Source of the DNA: Chlorokybus atmophyticus
Taxonomy: Eukaryota > Plantae > Mesostigma and Chlorokybus algae
Length of the DNA stretch: 64,000 nt
Direction of reading: 5' to 3'
NCBI GenBank assembly: GCA_009103225.1
Contig: RHPI01003389.1
Coordinates: 186,001-250,000 of the forward strand
In this document: positions 51,043 to 63,553 of the stretch, piece after piece
Layout: every line of letters starts with the position of its first letter
How positions within the stretch are numbered: the stretch's first letter is position 1
Translations under genes and position numbers: made by a program
Notes under the pieces: generated by a model
Database searches by the model: none
What the model saw: the letters and a program-made list of their open reading frames with translations, nothing else
Told to the model about the DNA's origin: nothing

Positions 51043-54000
51043 TTATGGGACAGGACATGAATCCCAATAAGCTCGAAGCAACTCGCGGCAGTGCGTAAGA
51101 TGCCTGTCGGGCTCCCAACTGTTATGTTTTGGGCCATACCCTTTCCATTTCACCAAATAGCGAGTTACGCGTCGTCGACTATTTAGCTTATGGTTCAATA
51201 TATAGCTTCCACCTCGTATTCGAGCTCGAGACGCTGTCCACCTCAACTGGCGGTGGTGGAGGCTGTGTTCTACCGTCTGAGCGGTAAGGTTTTAATAAGT
51301 TCACATGGACCACGTTGTGTATACACACTTGGGGGCAATTGCAGCTCATAAGCGTGCGTACCAACTCTATGAGTGATGGAATAAGGACCTAACCATCGGG
51401 GCAGCAACTTGCGAGCACCCGTACCTTTGATGGTTATGTTTTCTTTGCGTTAAGCAAAATTTTATTGCCGACATCGAAAGTGGCCGTTCTTCGATGTGTA
51501 TTGGCATAAGCTTTTTGCCTGTCCTGTGCTTCAAACAGACATAGCTTGGCTCGAGCCAAATTTTCTTGCATATCAGTGGCAAATTCCTTTGCCGCTGATA
51601 CAGTCAGGGCATTGCGAGGTACACGCAATGACGCTGGTTTGTTCGGGCGAATCCCGGAATTCAAGAAAAATGGGGTTTCCTTTACACTTTCCTGCCACGC
51701 GCTGTTCACAGCAAACTCTGCCATTGGCAAGTATCTGTCCCAATCAGCAAGGTTACGAGCCACATAGTGGCGAAGCATTTCTTCTAGTATTTGATTTGCT
51801 CGCTCAGTTTATCCGTTTGTTTGCAGGTGGAAAGCAGTCGACATGCTTTGTTTTACCCCCAACAATTCACAGACTTCTCTTCAAAACTTGGAGACAAACC
51901 GAGGATTACGATCTGTGATAAGCTCACGCGGTACACCGTGAACTCCAAAGACCGTGGACACAAATAAATGTGCTAAGTCCCGTGCACTCACAGTTGTGCA
52001 ATACGGGGCAAAATGCACCATTTTGGTTAAACGATCGACAAAAACCACAATAGCAGTGTATTTGGCTGCTGTTTCAGGTAGGTCAGTAATCAAATCCATA
52101 CTGACACTATCCCATATTTGTTCTGGATTTATCAATGGTTTAAGCAATGCCGCTTGTTTTTGTCGTAGTGGCTTATTACGCTGACACACGTCTCATGTGC
52201 GAACATATTGATCCACATCAGCTGACATTAACGGCCACCAGTATAACTGTTGCGCAGCTTTGAGTGTTTTGTGGTTCCCCAAATGCCCAGCACACGGCGG
52301 GTCATACACTGAATGTAAGCATTGCTTATGCAAGTCGCCCGAGTTGGGAATTGCCAACTGCTCCCCTTTATACCACATATTGCTAACAGCAGTAACCTGT
52401 TGCAAGTCGGTTTATCTGCTAAACCAATCATCTGAGTTACCTGTGGACACTTCCTTTAGGAAAGGGTCTTCAGGCTGTTGTACATTACGCATACTTCGAG
52501 AGCGCGTAAGTGCAACAAGAGCAGGGCTACGACTTGGTGGATCCGCCATATTGGTGCGATCTGGACGGTATTGCCAAGTGAAAGTGAAATGAGAAATGAA
52601 TTCATTCTACCTAGCTTGCCGCCTCGACAGCTTTTGTTGCGTATGAAAGAATGTGAGCGGGTTGTGATTAGTAATCACTGAAAACTCCACACCTTCCAAG
52701 TAGCAACTTGCTACTTGGCGTTGAACGCCATGTGCGCAGCGCGTGCACCACCCCGAGCAATTCCTGCTCAATGGTTGTGTGGTTATGTTCAGCAAGAATG
52801 AACTTTCTGCTTTCATATGCACATGGTCTGTCATCATGTGGAAGGACTGCCCCACACTTAATGGTGGAAGCATCACTGATCACCATAAAAGGCTTGGTGT
52901 GGTCCGGGAAGGCTAACACAGGGGCTTGTGTTAATGCATCTTTAATGCGTGTAAAAAGCAACCTCGTGTGCCTCCGCTCACACCAATTTAACATCCTTTC
53001 TTAGTAAAGATGTCAAAGGATTTGCCATGCTAGAATATGCTCGCATGAACTTGCGGAAATAATTGGCCAGCCCCAAGAAAGCACGTATCTGATGTACATC
53101 CTTGGGTGGTGGCCAAATCCTTCACCGCACACATTTTTCGAGGATTAGGTTTTAATCCTTCTTTGCCAATCACATGCCCTAAAAAGGGCAGTTCATCCTT
53201 TGCAAAGTTGCATTTGGACAGGTTGGCATAGAATTTGTGTTCGCGTAACTGAGCTGGAACCAATTCCACATGCTTGTGGTGTTCCTCCCGGTTTTGCTGA
53301 ACACAATAACGTCGTCAAGTTATACCAGTACAAACTTGTACAATTCATCGCAAAGCAAATACCGCGTTCATTGCTGTCTTAAATGTAGCTGGTGCATTTT
53401 TTAACCCAAATGGTAACACTTTATACTCAAAGTGTCCTAGTGGGGTGCGAAATGCAGTCTTTGTGTATATCTGACGGGTGGATTTTGATTTGATGATAAC
53501 CACTGGCCAAATCCAGTGCGCTGAACACTGTTGCACCTGACAGCTTATCAAACAAATCATCAATCCGAGGCAAAGGGTATCTGTTTTTCACAGTTACCTT
53601 ATTCAACGCACGGTAATCAATACACATGCATAGCTTGCCATTTTTTGGGGCACAAACAAAATCGGTGCACCAAAAGGAGATACGTTTTTTGTTATCAAAT
53701 CTTTGTCCAATAATTCTTTGAGCTGTTTTTCCATTTCCGCGTGTCCTAAGGGACTTAGCCTATAAATAGGCCGCCAAGGTGGCTTTGCCCCCTCTTCCAA
53801 CGGCATGGTATGATGTATGTTTCTATCAGGAGGCAACTCCGGGAGTTCATCCTAAAATACATCAGCATATTGTTCCGTAAGTGATTGCACCCTAGATCAG
53901 TTACGGCTTGTTTAACAAGTGTCTCTACCTGTCGTAAGTGCAGTAAATATACTTCCTCACCTTTACGCATGCAACGTTTCAGTTGCATAGCAGAGAGGAG

Positions 54001-54693
54001 CGGAACATTGTCACGAGCAACACGTGCGAGTACAAGTGCGGTTAACGTCACCTTACGTTTACCCTTCGAAGGGTGTGTATTTGCTCGAGAGTCCAATTGC
54101 AAACCTGCTTCGGTGTGCCACTGTTCACCCAAAACAACATCCACCCCGGGGATACCTATATCCACCACGATGAAAGCTGGTCAAGTCTTGTGGCTGTTAA
54201 TAACAAAACGCCCCTTCACCTCCCCAATTGAATTGAGGGTGAAACCAGCAGCACGTACATACAACGTGACTGGTGTGAAAGGTATGTTACTACGTTTCAC
54301 CCAAGCATGTTCAACAAAGTTATGGTTTGCACTAGTATCAATCAATGCTGTACATGGTGTGCCTATAAGTTGACTCTCAAATCTCCATTTGAGTGGCACT
54401 GAGTGACCATCAAATGTAGCAAATGTCGGAGTGCCGTGATTGGTAGCAGACTTGATAAAGATCACTTGCAACGGTGAAGCTCCTATATCTTTGCGTGAGA
54501 GTTGCATGATTACTTCTCCCCCTTTCAACAATCGCGACCATGGGCCATGATATTGAGGGATAACTACACATGCAGTGACAGTATGTTGTAATTGCAAATC
54601 GTGTAAGTGCTTAACAGCAGTTACTAATTTAGAGAATGGAACATTGATTAAAACACAACCGTTTGTATTTCTCAACACAGGTGGTGTGCTCAT
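51043..54693 (-). pseudogene. pol: Disrupted pol: protease, RT, RNase H, integrase, chromodomain
   Basis: ALIDTSANHNFV; [25 protein letters not shown]; [17 protein letters not shown]; FPDHTKPF..SDAS; AYES..EQELL; WDSVSMDLIT..VFVDRLTKMVHF; RYLVKWKGYGPKHNSWEP. Many stops and frameshifts. Confidence 0.92.
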
Positions 54694-54797
54694 ATCATCC
54701 CTACATCTGATACATCACAAAGAGAGGAAACTTTATCAAGAAGTACAGAGTTTTTAAAGTTGTTCTGCTCGACTAAGCTACCAATTACGAACAATAC

Positions 54798-55849
54798 CTA
54801 TTTCTTGTCCTTCTGCTGCTTGGCCTTTTGTGCATTCTGCTCTGCATAGCACTTGGCCTCCCCATAACCTGTCTTCTTATAGAAGTTGCAAGTGATGGTA
54901 GATTTGGCCGCGTTGTAGGGGCCAGCAGGCTGAGATGTTTTCGCCCTTTTTACAAAAGGTTTGTTGTCGGTAGCCGGGCGCTTTGCAGCTGAAGCCGGGG
55001 CTGCCTCTTTTTTTGTGGTTTGCATGTTTGCGTGAGAGCGCTTCACACTGTCAACAGCAGCAACCATCTGCATCAGCATTGGTAAATCCATCGAGGCCCA
55101 CTCTTGCAAACTCGCGGGGTTGACGGCCACATGCTGCACGAGATCTGTGTCCAAGCCACGCCTGAACATATCCAGCTGATCAGCATCACTGATGGGTAGT
55201 TTGCCAGCATTGATCTTGCTGCCAAAAGACTGGAAGTCCTGGATATACTGCTGAACTGGACGCCCGTTCTGACGCAGAGTGTGCAGCTGGTTGCGAGCAA
55301 CCTGGGCAAGGTCTGCGCCACCATAGCGCTGCTCCATGAAAGAGCACAACTGATTCACTTCCCGCCGGAGGTTCGTATCATGTTGCTTACGGCGGTACCA
55401 CTCAGCCAGAGCATCGTTTGAAATCAGCAACTCAGCTACACGCAACTTCCCCTCCTCGGAAATGTGAAGGGAGTTGACATAGTGCCTCAGCTTCACGAGC
55501 CAGTGATAAATTGCCGCTTGCTTGTTGGGAACAAACTTGGCAGGACGAGCAAGCGCCTGAGCAGGTGGGCCATTGTCATAGCGTTGAAGGCGCTCGATTA
55601 TATTCAGAACACGTTTGCCTTCAAAATCGATCCCTCCCAATCTCGCCCCATAAAGGTGGTGAGCTTTGAGATCTTTTCCGCCACATGAAAGAGGAAGGTG
55701 ACGAGCGAGACAATTGCCTCACAAGGCTCCTCATTATAAGTGCCAAGGAGGTGGTCCATCAACTCCTGTTTTGTCAAACGAATTGAGATTTTAGGCTGCA
55801 CGAATGATGGTGGTGGTGGTGGCCCGTCTGGTTTCACCAAATCATTCAC
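54798..55849 (-). pseudogene. gag: gag with a degenerate zinc knuckle
   Basis: 280-aa ORF 54798-55640 (HWLVKLRHY..ARNQLHTLRQNGRPVQQYIQDF..FRRGL) ending CNFYKKTGYGEAKC; frameshifted 5' part at 55604-55849. Confidence 0.85.
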
Positions 55850-56877
55850 ATCCTAAGCAGCATGAGCTTCATCAGGTGCATCATCCGGGTTGGAAATCTT
55901 CCATGGATGGAAACTCCTCCTCACGGGATAATTGCTCTTTTTGCGAGCGTTCCCCCTTTGAGGTGGGCATCGAGTTCTCTTCCCTTTGTCTGCAAAACAG
56001 GCAAAATGGAATGGTGAGAACCTCACCATTGGACCAGGTTCAACAAGAGGATCAAAATGACCAAGTTGTAAAAGTCCCCAACAGAGTCTAAACCAGTCTC
56101 AAAACAGGAAAGGTTGGATCTGAAGTGTCACCAAACTGAACAAGTCTAAATGGGTCCAGGATATCCTTACCCTGTGTTGTCCTTAACCAAGTCCCAATCT
56201 CTAGGCCGAAGCCAGACGGGGAGGGTTTCAGTCTAGCAGAGTTTGGGAACAAAATACCCTAGAATTTCCCCAAAACTGTCCTAACCAAGTCCTGATCTCC
56301 AGGCCGAAGCCAAAGGGGGAGGGTTTGGGAACAGCTTGGTTCAGAACTTGCGGCCTCGGGTCAAGCGACCCAAAAAAGCAGCTGGCAGGTCACAGGTACG
56401 TCACAGGCATGCAACAGGCAAGCCACAGGCATGTAACAGGCAAGCCGTACAGTGACCAACTGTAACATGCACTGGCAAGCACAATGACAAGCAATCACCG
56501 CATGCAATGATAGGCAATCACTGCAAGCAATGATAGCGCACTAAGTGTGACAAGCTGTGATGGCACACTAGGAAGCCGCACTCATGCACTGGCAAGTCAT
56601 TGAATGATGTGCATGAAAATACACACGTGCACATGGCAAGCACCTGGCAAGCAGCTGGCAAGCAGGCAAGTCACCGACGTGTGTGATGGTACCTCACACA
56701 TGGAGAGGCCGCCTCTTTGATGGGTGGCTTCAACGTGGAGGTAGCGCAGGGAAGCTAACTTGAAGCTTAGGCTGCGTGGACGGATAAGAGGCCGCCGCCG
56801 AAGTTTTTTTTTTTTTTTTTTTTNAGATTGCCGCCCCCTAAAAGTACCCACGTCACCCCCCAGCTCCTGGATACCAA

Positions 56878-57397
56878 TGTAACAACACCACCATCGCCGG
56901 TGATGCCCCTTCAATCCTCTACCCTAACACCCACACCGCCTATGACAAGCCTTTCAGCGGCGTGGTCGCCACTGGGCAGAGAACTGAAAGTCCTCACATT
57001 AGCTTGATGTGACCTTTTATATCAAGAGTATATCAAATATTTACCTCTCGATAATTAACTCACAACTAGACATCGACCCTACAGATAGGGTAGTTAGGAA
57101 ATCTAGGGTGAGCCACTCACAGCTCAGATAAGGTACCTATCGATAAGGTACCTATCAAAAGATACTTATCGTAAGGTACTCACCGAGATAGTGATCACAT
57201 TTTATCAGATTTGACACCAAATAGGCTTGAATAAGCGGTTCTACACCTGTTGGGAATCATTTAAGCTATGATAAAGCATCATAGCCTTTAGTAAGCGAGG
57301 AACCGTAAAAATGAGGTATAAGCATATTTAGATACTTATTCATACAATGTGTTATTCAGGTAGCAATATTACCCCTATTATTATTGCTCCCGTTACA
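56878..57397 (-). repeat. 5' LTR (520 bp)
   Basis: Direct repeat of 50389-50895 with scattered substitutions and small indels; adjacent to the PBS. Confidence 0.95.
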
Positions 57398-58404
57398 TGG
57401 GTGATGCTGTAATCATTAGAAGTTCCCTAGTCACCAAGTCTATGCTTGCAGGATGCATTGCAATCAATCATGAGAGGGGTGAACAAGTTCGCAGACATGG
57501 TGGAGCTGAGTAAGCATCAACCAAGATTGATGCAGCCCTAGGTACATGCTGTGCTGGTTGCAGTGCAGAAACAATATGATGCTCTACATGCTGAGCTGCC
57601 TGCCCTACTTTCGCACTTGGCTATGGCTGACACTGACCGCCACTGCCTCAAGAATTTGCAGGCAAACATGGTGCTGGTACAAGTTGATAAGTGCGGGGGA
57701 ACTCTGGCCGTCATCTGTAAAGCTTACTATTTGCAGTGCCTGCGTACGGAGTTGGCAACCCCAACTTACCAGCTACCTTCGGCTACATGTCAAGAGATCG
57801 TGCAGCTACATTAGGCCTACAACACATAGCAAGGATTCTCCACCTTGCAACAAAAAGTACTTGCACGCTTGCCCCACTTGTAAATGACGGTTAAATTGCA
57901 TAAAGAAGCCCCCAAGCCACGCTTCATTGCTGCAACGCATGCTACAACGTTGTTTGATGCTTCTTTGTGGCTAGCCCATTGTTACAAGGGAATGACAATT
58001 GTTGTTGATGTGTTATGGAGCGAAGCTTTGGGGGAACAGCTGCAGAGTTGGATACTCAAGGACTCTAAGGGCTTTGCTCACCTGCGTGAGCACTTCAACC
58101 ATATGCGCAGCCCACAACAGAAGCATGAGCATGTGCTGCGGCAAACTTTGGATGTTTCCTTACCTTTTATACAAACCTTGCACAATGACTTGCTGCAACG
58201 CATGCAAGGCTTTGTGGACAAGGTTTTTGACTGTGTCGTGTCGTGAACACAAACCCCACTTGCACATTAACATTTAGGCAAGGGTAGTGACTCATACTTG
58301 GGTAAGAGGCACTATTGTGGTGTAAGAGGGTGTCACACGTGTTTTTCATGCACCTATGCTACATGCTATGTTGCCATTTCTCATCAACAACCTGTACGTG
58401 CAAA

Positions 58405-59951
58405 CAGCAATAGCACCCGTCGCAAAATGTTACACTTAACGGCTGACTAAATATATAGGTATAAAGTGGGTCTGAAGATACTCATTTAGACTGTCGTTGT
58501 TCAGTCTACCGGCGATCTCGATACAAGCGAGTTAAAATAACGGCCGTCCCCGGCCGTTTACACATAAGGACTAACCTAGACGGACAGGTACCTGTCAGGT
58601 ACTTATCAGTCAAGCAAAAGACTGAGTCTAACCAATTGGTGCTTGTCAGATACCTATCAGTCAAGCTAAGATAACTTAGCCTAATTAACAAGTATCTGAC
58701 CGGTACTTATCAGTTAGGTACCGGCAACTTTGTAATAACTGTCCCTAACTGCCAGATACTTAATGACGATACCTTAGGTACCATCAGTAATGATTTTAAT
58801 ACATTGGATACCGCGCTTGTGTGACATCTACTGTGCAAGACGGCAATTATATATCACAACTTAATGACATCACACAGTCATATACATGTGACCTACACAG
58901 TACGAGCCCCACTATTATCATACTATGGTATACTACTACACTATTACGGTAGTAGTACTACCTACTACACTACACTTTGCCGCCAGCCCTAAGTCTTGTG
59001 CTGCCGCTTGCCTGCTGCCTTCGCCCTCCTGGCCTGACCGTTCCAAGGAAAGAGGGGCGGTCATTTAGGGCGGCGCAACACAACATATACACACCACCAC
59101 CACCACCACCACCACAACAGCGCACCTGCTGTTGGCTACCACCGCCGCCGCCTTGCCTTGCCTTGCCTTGCCTTGCCTAGTGGCTGCCCTGCTTCACGAA
59201 GGGTCGAAAAGTGGTCAGGATGCGCTGCTGTGCACTACTTGACAATATATACACAAGCACACAAGCACATACCTGCCGCCGCCGCCGCCGCAGCAGCAGC
59301 ACAACGCTCAACTGTGTAAGTTAAGTTGCACAGTTGAGCGTTGTGTTGCAGCTTAGCGTTTGAATTCACAAGGGGGCCGTTGAGTTTGAAAAGTCAATGG
59401 CTTCCCTTGTGAGTTGACAATGGCACAATCGTACCATCATAATGGTATGTAAGTACCAATACAATGGTACCATTGTAATGGTACTGCTGAACCATAACAA
59501 TGGTACGATTGTATCATCATATTATATACCGGTAGCTGACCCAACTCACCGCCACCGCTCGTCCCTAAGTTGGGACTGATACCGTATTAGTGACGTTACT
59601 CGCTTGCCATTTATGATACATCGCCGTTGAAAGTGCTGTACGACTAGCGGTCGGCCATATTACCCACGTGAATGTTCGGCATTATTCGCCATTAGGGGAC
59701 TAAGAGGTGACTTTATTGCCAAAACAAGTAGGTCGCCGCCACGGGTGCGGTACGATTGGCGATCGGCCGTCAACAACATACATAACAAGCAGGTCATGAC
59801 AAGCAGGCAGCAGTCCACTATAATGTACGATATGCCATCGGCCATTGATTATGCTCCACAATATACACCGGCAATCCACTGAGTCCCTTTATGGCCCAAG
59901 TCGTAAGGGTCAAGTAGGGTCCCGTCAGTCCCTCAGACCCTGGTCAATTAT
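58405..59951. mobile_element. Unclassified non-coding ~1.55-kb insertion in the PLE RT
   Basis: Flanked by direct repeat CGTGCAAA (58397-58404 and 59952-59959); the RT reading resumes on the right; rich in palindromes and microsatellites. Confidence 0.55.
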
Positions 59952-60075
59952 CGTGCAAAATTTGCTGGGCCAGCTGTTTTAACAAGTTACAGGCATCCCT
60001 ATGGGTAACAGTGCTGGGGTGTATTTGCTAACTATGACTTGTTTACATGAGTTGGACTTTATAAACAGGCTGGTA

Positions 60076-60586
60076 TGTTTCAGCCCACTCGACCACAAAA
60101 GACTTGGTGCTTTTATGGTCGATTTGTGGTGATTTAATGTACCTTCCCGTTACATTCCCCCCCACTTAAGAACGCTGACGTTCTCGGCAGCTGCGTATGC
60201 TCAGCTGGGGAATTATCCCAGGGGTTTCTTGGGTCGGTTACCGGCCCCACGGTCAAGGACCGGCCAATTTAGGCCCATACCGGTCAACGCGCGCATAGCG
60301 CACCGCTGCCGGCCCCACAGGTCGCATCGCGACAAGAAGGTCGCGTCCTGCCGCGCCAACTGAACGTCGGCACAATTGCCATTAAGCAGTCGCAACCCAT
60401 CAATGATGGCACTTATGAAGTGACCATTTACAAGATCAAGAAACAACGACCGCGGCACTCGTGTGCAAGGCAGGAATTGAACCCGGGTCTGAAGCTCCGA
60501 TGATTAATGTCACAGCCCACTCGACCACAAAAGACTTGATGCTGTAATAGTCGATTTGTGGTAATCTGATGTACCTTCCCGTTACA
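60076..60586 (-). mobile_element. TRIM (terminal-repeat retrotransposon in miniature), 511 bp
   Basis: 79-bp direct repeats 60076-60154 and 60508-60586 (70/79 identical by hand count) with TG..CA ends; perfect TSD TGGTA; PPT at 60155-60167; degenerate PBS-like sequence; no coding domain. Confidence 0.88.
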
Positions 60587-63553
60587 TGGTAGCTGCGGGG
60601 AACAACCATTGACCTTGAGGTTTGCACGAGGTCTTGCGTTATGTAGATGATATGCTGGTGGTTGCTCTGCCAGAGTTTATGCACATATACCTTAACCAGC
60701 AGTGCTAGGAGGTGGCATGTACCCATAAGCAATGCACACAATTACAAAGACAGCACGTGGTGTCAGCATACCATTCCTGGAGTTGCTCATATTGCAGGAT
60801 CCACAGGTGGGGCTGTGCACAAGGGTATACAACAAACTGAACACCGCACCTTTTAGCATGGTGCCAGAGAACCCGTGCACCGCATCTAGACAATAACATC
60901 TCCATCACTGCGAAGCTTGGTGTCGTGATGTCCCACTGTATAGGGTTTGAGCGCATATGCACCTTTCGGCATCACTTTCTCTTTGACATGGTGCAGTTGT
61001 TGTGAGACATGCAAGCACAGAGCTATGTGATGCATGTGCTGCTAAACAAGCTGCGTGGAAGGATGTACATGATGATGGGGACGGTATATAGAGCTACCTA
61101 TTAACAGCTATGTAGGTTGGTGGCAACAAGGTGTGCTGCAACGCCGTAGGAAATTGAGGCTATAACTCACTAGCGATTACGAGTCTTACACCGACACCGG
61201 CGTTGCTATGGCGGCTGCAGTACACCGCTTGACTACAACAGTGCACAGCACAGCGCTCCCACCCACGCCATCGCCCTTGCCCTCGCCTTGCTGCTACTGC
61301 TGCTGTTGTTGTGCAAAGTTCTCCGGAAGGGTCTAACGCCTGGCGTGCCAATAGATGGTGCACCATTGCCACTACTTTGCTTTCCCTGCCCTGCTGCCTA
61401 TTCCACCCTCACCCCCCCCCTTACCATTTACTTAGCTACGCCACATGGATAGCATTGCCCCTGGCTGAATTCCATTCCCCTGTGCCTATCTTGCTTGCTT
61501 TGTGTGCTGTGCTTAGGCTTAGTGTCTTAACGTGTGGTGTGCCTTTGCATATACTTCAATAGCTCATACATTGTTGTATGACTTACAATGTCTTGGTATG
61601 AATGCTAGTGTTAAGTTGCATTATCAAGCTAAGTTGATTAGTAAGGCCAGGCACTTGGTGGTCAGCCTTACACATGTTCTATTCAATATGCGTAAGCAAA
61701 GTTCGCTTACGCACCGTGCGCAAGAGAATAGAACTTGGTGATGTACATGTGACATGTACATCACCGACAGCAAGTTTAAATGTTATTTAAATGATAACAA
61801 AATAGTAAGCATGTTGCGCGGCTGTAGCCCAGTGGTTGGTAAGGCGCCAATGTTACGTAATTCAACAAATGAGTTAATTCTCTAGTTTGTCATTTTCATT
61901 GAGCTTGCTGGAGGATTAAAGACCAGGTCGTGGGTTTGCAAATGCAAGCTGGCGCTTCTCATGACATTGTGGGCAAGTCATTGCCCACTGCAACACTCGA
62001 AGCATCTCCAATGTCGCGGTAATACTATCTCGGGTTCATACTATCTGCCGTATATGACCCTTTGTAATCATTAATCATTAATGAAGGATCATTATAGCAA
62101 TACACGTCCGAGTAGAGCCCCACGCTTCATCCCCGCAGCAGTACTTGCTACGAGTAATTACTAAGTGTTCATCCATTTAAGTGCTTATCCCGTATTTGGT
62201 ACTTAGGTTTTACCGTCTTCTCTTTTCGGCCAACTAGTTGAAACTCAACTTGGCCGTTTTATGACAATGTTTGCTTGAACATTCAAGTCATATCATGAGG
62301 GTAGTTGTAGCAGCGCTGTCCCCGCAGTATGAGTTATTTTTGTTTTAAACGGCTTCCCCGTCATGCATGAGTTTGCTCGCGTGTGGCGTTTCAAAAGCCA
62401 CTTGCGTGTGTTTGTAACTTAACACTTAGCGTTTTCACGTGCACATAACTCTTCACAATTATTAACTTACAAATAATTGCCACTTGAGAATTTTATACCA
62501 CCGTCAATTAACCCATTAGTTCACTAATCTAGAACGCATAACCGATTAGACCTAGCGTAGTTGCAGCGTGCCACGGCGCGGGCGCGGGTGCGCATGATAC
62601 CACCACCTGCACTTTCACATATGCCGTCATCCCTACCCTCGACATGGCACTCAATCTTGACCAGTACACAACTTGCACGTGAAGTACTAGCCTCGGATCT
62701 GCTACTTGTACTTGATTATCCACAAAGCGCAGCACTTATCCCTACTTTTGTTGACTTGACATGTCCATGGACTGACACTCCAATATATCTATTATGGTGG
62801 GCTAGAACCTAAAACCATCTTGGATGAGAAGGGTTACCTACATGCTTACACTGGCAATTACTAATGTGTGGCGCTTGTGTAACTGGTGTGCCGGCATGCC
62901 AATCATCTTCGCCGCTGATTGTATAAAGGGTATGGTCCTATGGCAACATGCATGGTGTGCGTGCCAGCCTACCAACCTCACTGCCTACCTCCTCACCTTT
63001 GCGGTTGCTTGCGTGCTGTTGTGTACTGTTCAGATAGTAGGGGTCTGGGCCAGCTTATTGCAGTTGTTGATGTTGTTGTTGTCAACCTTCACAATTACCC
63101 TGTGCTACACTGTGCTACTCTGGTACTGCATGCTCCCACCCATTCTGCTATTTGTACACATGCATAGTAGACTACAGATTGACACCAACAGATACACCAA
63201 CAAGTACGCACAGCATGCAGGCTGATGTATAGAAGCAGAGCTGTGTCATGACACATTATCCGACAACCACAAGTGACAGACAGTATGATATCAACCCACT
63301 CAACAAACATCAATACATGTCACAATCGTATTCTAGATACAATCTTGTTGAGTCTCACCGTTGCACAACGCGTATGGCACTGGCCTTCACGTGTAGAGCA
63401 CTGGGAAAACAGCACATCTACTGGCAATACTGTAACTGCACACCATGCAATATGGCTGCTCACAACTCTTACATAACAATACAAGTAAGCTAACGGCATA
63501 TTCAATATACGTAGCTCGCATATGCTACACTCACTACCACTAACTCTCGCAAT

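Larger units (their letters stand above)
50389..57397 (-). mobile_element. Full-length decayed Ty3/gypsy chromovirus LTR retrotransposon (7,009 bp)
   Basis: Two LTRs with TGTAAC..GTTACA ends; PBS-like TGGTATCCAGGAGC (56863-56876); PPT (50896-50908); gag-PR-RT-RH-INT-chromodomain order; 5-bp flanks TGCGT/TGGGT (4/5 match). Confidence 0.95.
50180..61100 (+). mobile_element. Degenerate Penelope-like element (copy 2) split by three insertions
   Basis: Collinear + strand pieces: LAILPKGPA (~50360); VLVQVDK..ICKAYYLQCLRTEL, KLHKEAPKPRFIA, WILKDS, LHNDLLQRM, FLINNLYVQ (57550-58404); GIPMGNSA (~59995); LRYVDDMLVV, GGGMYP, IPFLELLI, CTRVYNK, FERIC (60630-61000). The leftmost piece is the weakest match. 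Confidence 0.75.

Noticed and set aside
56804-56824. 20-nt T run with an N in the LTR-element leader
   Set aside because: No TSD or associated retrocopy; length unreliable next to an ambiguous base.
58405-59951. Hammerhead ribozyme/retrozyme expected near PLEs
   Set aside because: No CTGANGA..GAAA core with proper stems found by eye on either strand; a covariance search is still needed.
59637-60154. Possible ~517-bp LTR ending at 60154
   Set aside because: The repeat with 60508-60586 starts at 60076 and has a perfect TSD there; upstream sequence is PLE RT and the unrelated insert.
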